A stretch of 17,701 nucleotides of DNA from a virus. The stretch lies in IMG/VR virus record IMGVR_UViG_3300043540_000327; one strand, 5' to 3'. This document shows, one piece after another, positions 6,979-12,462 of the stretch (position 1 is its first letter; each line of letters begins with the position of its first letter). The position numbers and the translations under genes were made by a program. Below the pieces are notes generated by a model. It did no database searches. It had not been told where the DNA came from and worked only from the letters and a program-made list of their open reading frames with translations.

Positions 6979-7336
6979 AGCGGTATGGCCTGCCGTGCCA
7001 GTGCCATGACCCTCCGTACCACCGCCAGCCGTAATAAGGCCGGTAGTAGCGATAGTAGTACCCGTAATTCGGGTAGGTATAAGGCTGGTAGTAGAAGGGC
7101 AAGGTGATGATGGGTGCCGGCGGCGGCTCTAGCTCAACGGGTGGCGGCACCACGGGCAGTGGAACCCACCGCCAACCGTAATTGGGATAGTACCTCCACC
7201 TGCCCTGTACTTGAGCGAGATGTGCAGGGCGGTCGGCGTTTTGCCTTTCCTGGTGGACGTTGGGCTTCGGCGGGTCTTTGACGGGTTCGTAGTCGGTCGG
7301 CAAAACGAATAGGGCGACGGCTAAGAGATTGTACAT
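6977..7336 (-). CDS. Secreted or signal-anchored protein with a C-terminal region extremely rich in Tyr/Trp/Pro/Gly/Arg
   Basis: A strong - strand RBS (AAAGGAGGTATT-ATG) precedes it. The N-terminus MYNLLAVALFVLP is hydrophobic. A PPPVELEPPPAP linker follows. The C-terminus reads YYQPYTYPNYGYYYRYYRPYYGWRWYGGSWHWHGRPYR. No + strand ORF competes for this span. Confidence 0.6.
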   Translation of the reverse strand: MYNLLAVALFVLPTDYEPVKDPPKPNVHQERQNADRPAHLAQVQGRWRYYPNYGWRWVPLPVVPPPVELEPPPAPIITLPFYYQPYTYPNYGYYYRYYRPYYGWRWYGGSWHWHGRPYR

Positions 7337-7370
7337 AATACCTCCTTTATTGAATTATAACGGAGTGGAT

Positions 7371-8030
7371 ATGCAGATCAAAACCATCGAAGTGAAGTGC
7401 CGCTTCGGAATGGTCCCCGTGAGCGTCGGTGACAAATTCAATACCGGCGACGGCGAATGGGAGGTTCGGGAAATCGACACCCGCAACACCATCAACGGGT
7501 ATTGGGAGATTGATTGCCCTATTCTGATCTGCCACAATCCGGCTCGACCCGATTACGGTGCCCACGCCATCTATGCGGCACTCAAACGACCCGGACTGGT
7601 TTGCCACCTGCTGGACGAGGCGAACCTGAAGAGCATTACCTTCGGCAACCTGGGTGCTTTCTCGGCCGAGTGGGTCGGGATGCTGAAGAATCGGGAGGCA
7701 ACCTGGGAAAATCGGTTTGCGGCGCCGGTGGAAGCTGAGGGCCTGTTGGTTTTCCTGGATACGCACATTGACGACCAACTCCGGGACGAGGGCAATGCCC
7801 GTGAGATCGTGCGGCTTGTGCAAAATACACGCAAGAATGCTAAATTAGAGATGCGTGACGAAGTGGAATTGGTCCTGGAAGCCAAGACCGATGAGTTTCG
7901 GCTGGCAATAGAGGCGATGAAAGAGTATATTTGTTATGAGACTTCGGCAACCCTGGTGGCGAGCCTGGAAGGAGAAGGAGTAGTCGCCAGCGATGAGAAG
8001 TCCGTCAGCATTAAGGTCAAGAAGAAATGA
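7371..8030 (+). CDS. Hypothetical protein with an isoleucyl-tRNA-synthetase C-terminal-like segment
   Basis: The ATG at 7371 has a GGAGTGG RBS. EGLLVFLDTHIDDQLRDEGNAREIVRLVQNTRKNAKLEMRDEVELVLEA...AMKEYICYETSATLVA matches the IleRS pre-zinc-finger block as remembered (ALDTTLTPEL..EGLARELVRRVQQLRKDAGL.VSDRI.L....EH.AYIGAETLA). The true start is 35 nt from the divergent - strand gene. Confidence 0.5.
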   Translation: MQIKTIEVKCRFGMVPVSVGDKFNTGDGEWEVREIDTRNTINGYWEIDCPILICHNPARPDYGAHAIYAALKRPGLVCHLLDEANLKSITFGNLGAFSAEWVGMLKNREATWENRFAAPVEAEGLLVFLDTHIDDQLRDEGNAREIVRLVQNTRKNAKLEMRDEVELVLEAKTDEFRLAIEAMKEYICYETSATLVASLEGEGVVASDEKSVSIKVKKK

Positions 8031-8455
8031 TCCAAGATTACAAGATACTGTTCGTGAAGCAGGAGTACCGTCCTTACGCCGAGGAAGGCGACTGCCCGGA
8101 ACTGAGCGTGCAGGAGATGTCGGTCGAGAAGCTTCTGGAGATCAAGGAGGTCCAGGACGAACTCAAGCGGCTGGGTTGGAAGGATGTCAAGAAGATCGAG
8201 GAGCGTGAACTCAAGCTCGCCCTGGACAAGAAGTTTTTCATCCTTTCCCGCATGGGCGGTGGGGCTTACGCTCAATCCTATCAAATCGACATTGACAATC
8301 TCCAGGCTTGGGAAGTAAACAACCTCAGCCGGGATGCGATCATTGCCCAGCAGGTGGACCTGAAAACCATTCTTTCGGAGGACCAGTATAAAGAAAATCC
8401 AGAAGGAGCGCAAGGCGCAGGAGAACCAGCGTCGGCAGGCTCAAGCCGCCGCTAA
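8027..8455 (+). CDS. Hypothetical protein
   Basis: ATGA overlap with the upstream gene. Protein-like text runs to about residue 120. The tail ENPEGAQGAGEPASAGSSRR is doubtful; see the finding on an alternative frame. Confidence 0.5.
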   Translation: MIQDYKILFVKQEYRPYAEEGDCPELSVQEMSVEKLLEIKEVQDELKRLGWKDVKKIEERELKLALDKKFFILSRMGGGAYAQSYQIDIDNLQAWEVNNLSRDAIIAQQVDLKTILSEDQYKENPEGAQGAGEPASAGSSRR

Positions 8456-8538
8456 ACGTCGGCTGGAACGGAAGAAGGCAAAGGAAATTGAGCGTGCCAA
8501 GAAGGTACTCGAACAACAAGGATTAAGGGTTATTTCCG

Positions 8539-8841
8539 ATGATTCCAGCGAAGAAACTGACTGAGTTGAAGGCTGCCATCGCCACGGTCCTGACGCATGA
8601 CATTGGTGTCGGCCTCCCGGTCGATGACCTGTGCGTGTATCGTGACCCAGGCGGTCTGTTCGCCGTGGATTTCACCCCGGTCGGCAGCCTGGAGGCCATC
8701 GACGGCCTCAGCGAAGAACAGAACCGTCAGATCACTGAAGACGGAGAAATCAACGACTACTTCGAGACGGCCGAGGAAGCCGCCGAGGAGTACCTGAAGC
8801 TCCGCTTCGCCCTGAAAAAAGAAGGCGTTCTCATTCGATGA
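8539..8841 (+). CDS. Hypothetical acidic protein
   Basis: ORF of 100 aa with an acidic C-terminal half (EEQNRQITEDGEINDYFETAEEAAEEY). Its stop overlaps the next start (ATGA). Confidence 0.5.
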   Translation: MIPAKKLTELKAAIATVLTHDIGVGLPVDDLCVYRDPGGLFAVDFTPVGSLEAIDGLSEEQNRQITEDGEINDYFETAEEAAEEYLKLRFALKKEGVLIR

Positions 8842-9323
8842 AGATCGACATTTTAAGTCACCGCAACCTAGTCGAGCATCTTGCTGCCAATAGCAAGATG
8901 CTCGACGCTATCATGATCGTCAACCACAATCCACGCTGGGCCAACGACGAACAAGCCGAGCGGATTCGCCTCGCCAAAGAACACGCCCGTGATTTACTCG
9001 TGCTGACGTTTGACGACACGACTTTCCACCGGGACGGCTACCAGGCCCCCGAGCCTCGCCACGTCCGGGAGGCCCTGGAGTGGGCCAAGGACCGGGAGGA
9101 GTTTGTCGTCTCCTGCACGGCCGGCAAGTCACGGAGTTCCAGCATCGCCTATGTTCTTGCATCCAAGAAGATTGGGCCGGAAGAAGCGATTCGGATACTC
9201 GATCCGAACCGGCATATCCCCAACGAATGGGTGGTGAAGCATGGCTCTGAACTTCTCGATAACCTCCAGGTGTGGGACTTGTTCCTGGAATACCAGGCCA
9301 CAGCCCCCGCCTATAAATGGTGA
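8838..9323 (+). CDS. Cys-X5-Arg phosphatase (dual-specificity/tyrosine phosphatase fold)
   Basis: FVVSCTAGKSRSSSIAYVL matches the (V/I)HCxAGxSRSxTxxxAY(L/I) P-loop signature, and Asp-containing loops lie upstream. The protein is 161 aa. Confidence 0.6.
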   Translation: MKIDILSHRNLVEHLAANSKMLDAIMIVNHNPRWANDEQAERIRLAKEHARDLLVLTFDDTTFHRDGYQAPEPRHVREALEWAKDREEFVVSCTAGKSRSSSIAYVLASKKIGPEEAIRILDPNRHIPNEWVVKHGSELLDNLQVWDLFLEYQATAPAYKW

Positions 9324-9328
9324 AGTCT

Positions 9329-9568
9329 ATGGCAGATTTCTGCAAAGCCTGTTCCGAGGAACTGTTCGGTAAGGACACTAAAGACCTGGCCGGCATCACG
9401 ACGGATGACGACTGGCAGAAGGGTTTGGCCGGCGTCGTAATTTGCGAAGGCTGCGGGTATATCCAGGTGGACCCGCACGGCAACTGCGCAACGAACGACT
9501 GTCTGAAAAAGGGCGAACCTGGACATGGAGAAGTGACGTGGCCGACGAGCGTAGCATCCGAAAAGTAG
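9329..9568 (+). CDS. Hypothetical Cys-rich (zinc-ribbon-like) protein
   Basis: CKAC...CEGCGYIQVDPHGNCATNDC. An ATG at 9329 follows the upstream stop; the alternative ATG at 9317 is inside the upstream gene. Confidence 0.45.
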   Translation: MADFCKACSEELFGKDTKDLAGITTDDDWQKGLAGVVICEGCGYIQVDPHGNCATNDCLKKGEPGHGEVTWPTSVASEK

Positions 9569-9813
9569 CCGACCCCAACGATGGTCAGGGGCGGGTGGAA
9601 ACTGGCGACGTCCAGTTTGGCGATGACTGGCCGGGTTTGTTCATTCGGGGCGACAACGCCTTCGCCTTGGCACTGGCAGTCAAGCGTCTCCAGAAGCATT
9701 TCGAGGACAAGCCGCCGGATAACCTGGATGTAATGCTCGCCATGAGCGAATTGAACGGTCTGTTCGACATCATCCGTGATGACGTGGACCTGTCTGGAGT
9801 GCTGAAGACATGA
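9538..9813 (+). CDS. Hypothetical protein
   Basis: A GTG at 9538 lies 6 nt after GGAGAAG. Protein-like text begins at VADERSIRKVADPN; the first 32 aa of the track ORF (from 9442) are an out-of-frame shadow. The stop forms an ATGA overlap with the next gene. Confidence 0.45.
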   Translation: MADERSIRKVADPNDGQGRVETGDVQFGDDWPGLFIRGDNAFALALAVKRLQKHFEDKPPDNLDVMLAMSELNGLFDIIRDDVDLSGVLKT

Positions 9814-10253
9814 ATATCAAGAAAGCTACCTACAGTGGACAGAACGGCCCCTTTGAAGTAGAATACGATGCCGATGCCCCGTGCCAATGCTGCGGGCTGC
9901 CGGTTGAAGAAGCTTCAATGGGCGGCACCAACGTCTGTCCGGCTTGCGACTGCGGCGTGCGACGGGACGGCGAGAAGTACAGCGTGAAGGAGATGCTGCT
10001 TCTGGGCAAGAAGGAGAAGACGCCGGAGGACTGGAAGGAAATCGAGATCGTTCGTCTGCCGTTCCAGGAGCGGATTTCCAAGATCATGGGCAGTGCCATC
10101 GTCGGCAAGGTAAGCGGCCCGATCCACGGCGCCATCGGCGCCCAGAACCTCGCCAATCAGTACGTCAAACGACAGCAAGAACTGCGGGAGAAGCATGGAG
10201 ACGAAGGACTGGACGCTGACGAAGGTGATCTCGGGGGCGCAGACCGGGGCTGA
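9810..10253 (+). CDS. Hypothetical Cys-rich protein
   Basis: CQCCG...CPACDCG zinc-ribbon-like cluster. ATGA overlap at the start. Confidence 0.5.
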   Translation: MNIKKATYSGQNGPFEVEYDADAPCQCCGLPVEEASMGGTNVCPACDCGVRRDGEKYSVKEMLLLGKKEKTPEDWKEIEIVRLPFQERISKIMGSAIVGKVSGPIHGAIGAQNLANQYVKRQQELREKHGDEGLDADEGDLGGADRG

Positions 10254-10728
10254 CCAGGCTGCGCTGCGTGCCGCCAAGAAGCTGGGCATCGCCACCGGCG
10301 GCTGGGTGCCCAAGGGCTGTCGCACCGAGGACGGTCCTCGCCCGGACCTGATTGACGAGTTCGGCCTGACCGAAACCGAAACCGACGACTACGTTGAACG
10401 GACCCATCTGAATATCGAGCATTCGGACGGTACGATCCGGTTCGCCGCCGATTTCAACTCGATTGGCGAGCGATGCACGCTGCGGGGCATTCGCAAATAT
10501 AAGAAGCCCTATTTCGATTTCGATATCAGCAAGCATTATCGCTTTGCCGACCTCCTCCGGTGGGTCTGGGATAACAACATCCACGTCCTGAACGTCGCCG
10601 GCAACCGGGAGAGTAAGCACCCCGGCATCGGCAAAACGGTGGAAGAATTCCTCATCCCTTTTTTCACGCAGCTTATTCCCCTGGAACGGGCGGAAGCGTT
10701 GCTGCGCAAAGTCCTGGAGAATGACTGA
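10195..10728 (+). CDS. SLOG-superfamily 'putative molybdenum-cofactor carrier' (PF12694-like) protein
   Basis: VISGAQTGADQAALRAAKKLGIATGGWVPKGCRTEDGPRP...ETETDDYVERTHLNIEHSDGTIRF matches the remembered family consensus (GGQTGvDraALdaA..gi.hGGWCPkGR.AEDG.i...ETpsadYaeRTewNvrDSDgTL). GGGAGAAG RBS. The stop overlaps the SerRS-like start. Confidence 0.6.
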   Translation: METKDWTLTKVISGAQTGADQAALRAAKKLGIATGGWVPKGCRTEDGPRPDLIDEFGLTETETDDYVERTHLNIEHSDGTIRFAADFNSIGERCTLRGIRKYKKPYFDFDISKHYRFADLLRWVWDNNIHVLNVAGNRESKHPGIGKTVEEFLIPFFTQLIPLERAEALLRKVLEND

Positions 10729-11516
10729 TGATCGACTTTGAGCGTGGTGCGAAGACGACCGGCTCCAAGTTCTACTTCCTGACCGGCCAGAAGGCCGTCA
10801 TGGAGTGGAACCTTATCAACTTCATGATCTCCCACCATCGGCACAACGGCTACGAGTTCGTGATCTCACCCTACCTCATTAACAAGCAGGTGGGTGAGTG
10901 GGCCGGCATCAACAAGCAGGTGGGTGAGTGGGCCGGCATCCTGCCTCGCTTTGAGGGCGACTATTACCAGACCCAGGAAGGACTCATGCTCATTCCCACG
11001 GCCGAGACGCCGCTCGTGGGAATGCACGCCGACGAAATCTTCCAGGAGGAAGAACTGCCGAAGCGTTATGTCGCCTTCTCGCCGTGCTTCCGCAAGGAGG
11101 CCGGTGCTTATGGTGCCAAGGACAAGGGCTATAAGCGGGTCCACCAGTTCCACAAGATCGAGTTGTTCGTGATTTGCGAACCCACGGCGAGCGAGTTTCA
11201 GCACAACCAGATGGTTGGCGATGTGGTCAGCCTGATGAAGAAGCTCAAGGTCGAATATCGCCTGCGGGAATTGCCGCCCGAGGAGCGTAGCCCGGTATCG
11301 GCCAGGACCATCGACGTGGAGGTCAAGGTCGGGGACGAGTGGCTGGAAGTGTCATCCATTTCCAACACGCTTGATACCCAGAGCAAGCCGGCACAGATTC
11401 GCTTCAAGCCGAAGTGCGGCGGCAAGAACATCAAGTGCCATTTGCTCAACGGCTCCGGCGTAGCCTTGCCCCGGCTGATGTTGGCCCTGGCCGACCGTAT
11501 GGCAGAGTGGAAATGA
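10728..11516 (+). CDS. Seryl-tRNA-synthetase catalytic-core homologue lacking the N-terminal tRNA-binding arm (SerRS-like, amino-acid:carrier-protein-ligase-like architecture)
   Basis: It aligns by eye with E. coli SerRS from about residue 105 to the end of motif 3. [20 protein letters not shown] matches [29 protein letters not shown] is motif 1. [21 protein letters not shown] is motif 2 (fRsE). [15 protein letters not shown] is motif 3. There is no coiled-coil arm and no C-terminal tail. It contains an in-frame 10-aa duplication. Confidence 0.8.
   Translation: [262 protein letters not shown]
10881..10940 (+). repeat. Perfect 2 x 30-bp tandem duplication inside the SerRS-like gene
   Basis: aacaagcaggtgggtgagtgggccggcatc occurs twice without a mismatch and duplicates [10 protein letters not shown] in frame. 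Confidence 0.9.
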
Positions 11517-11980
11517 AGAAAAAACGATATAAGCGAATTATATGGATGCTGCGTTCGATCCATGATCGCCTCCTGCAACTTGAGGTCCAGATGACTGAGA
11601 AGAAAGAGGCCACGAAGCCCGTACTGATGAACGAGGAGGAACTTCGCCCCGTTTACCACGCCGGCTGGGATGCTTTTTCCCCAGACCCAGGCACCACAGA
11701 CGTGATGTATTGTCGTGTTTGCGACGAGAAGATGGACGTGGAGCGGAATGTCAACGGTCCTACCGGCATGGCCGAGAGCATGGCGGGTCGCAAACACCTG
11801 CATGACTCTTTCCGCTGTCCGAATGTCGGCCAGAAGTGGCACAACCAAGTGCTGAAGCTGAAACAGGAAGCTCGGAGTACGGCGAGCGCTTCCGTGGAGA
11901 ACCTGATCCATCAGGAGATTGAACAGATTCTCAAGACTCGCCAACACACCAAGGATGTAGGACCATCGGGATTGTTCTAA
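11513..11980 (+). CDS. Hypothetical basic protein with a Cys/His cluster
   Basis: ATGA overlap start giving MKKKRYKRIIWML... (155 aa). The earlier part of the track ORF is an out-of-frame shadow of the SerRS-like gene. It contains CRVCDEK...H..H..C. Confidence 0.5.
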   Translation: MKKKRYKRIIWMLRSIHDRLLQLEVQMTEKKEATKPVLMNEEELRPVYHAGWDAFSPDPGTTDVMYCRVCDEKMDVERNVNGPTGMAESMAGRKHLHDSFRCPNVGQKWHNQVLKLKQEARSTASASVENLIHQEIEQILKTRQHTKDVGPSGLF

Positions 11981-12396
11981 TGACTCCTGAATTCGAGAAA
12001 GCCGCAGAGATCGAGGCCCAGACGCCTATTACCGCCGGGCACGCCCCGGAGTGGTATGTCAAGGCTACGGGCCTCGATCAAGACATCGCAGCCATGAACG
12101 TCCACCAGGCCCGGCTGGAACTCCAGCGTTATCGCCAACTCATCCGCTATATCCGGGACCAGAAAGGCGATGATAACTGCGTCCTGGACTTCAAGCTGCT
12201 TTTCGGCCTCTTGCCTGAAAAGGTGGATGCCGATCCACAACTCCCGCCCAAGCCACTCATGATGTTCAACTGCTCTCGCTATTATGATTGCAAGAAGGAG
12301 GGCAAAATCTACTGCCCGGTGGACAAGGTGCCCGAGAACGTCACCGAGGCGGACATTTTCCGAGAAATCTTCGTCCGAGAAGACTTGCAGAAGTGA
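11980..12396 (+). CDS. Hypothetical protein
   Basis: TAATG overlap start. The 138-aa product lies directly upstream of the MVP gene. Confidence 0.5.
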   Translation: MTPEFEKAAEIEAQTPITAGHAPEWYVKATGLDQDIAAMNVHQARLELQRYRQLIRYIRDQKGDDNCVLDFKLLFGLLPEKVDADPQLPPKPLMMFNCSRYYDCKKEGKIYCPVDKVPENVTEADIFREIFVREDLQK

Positions 12397-12462
12397 CTTT
12401 TGTGCTTTACAATTGGCACATTCACATTGGCGGAAGACCCACAACATAACTCTGAGGGATTT

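Noticed and set aside
8539-8841. Acyl-carrier-protein call for the acidic 100-aa ORF (a possible partner for the SerRS-like ligase)
   Set aside because: It has IDGLSEEQ, but it lacks the canonical DSL phosphopantetheine-attachment context and the four-helix pattern I could recognise. It is left as hypothetical.
8920-9699. 259-aa - strand ORF
   Set aside because: Pro/Arg/Ser/Gly-rich antisense shadow of the phosphatase and Cys-rich genes. No start context.
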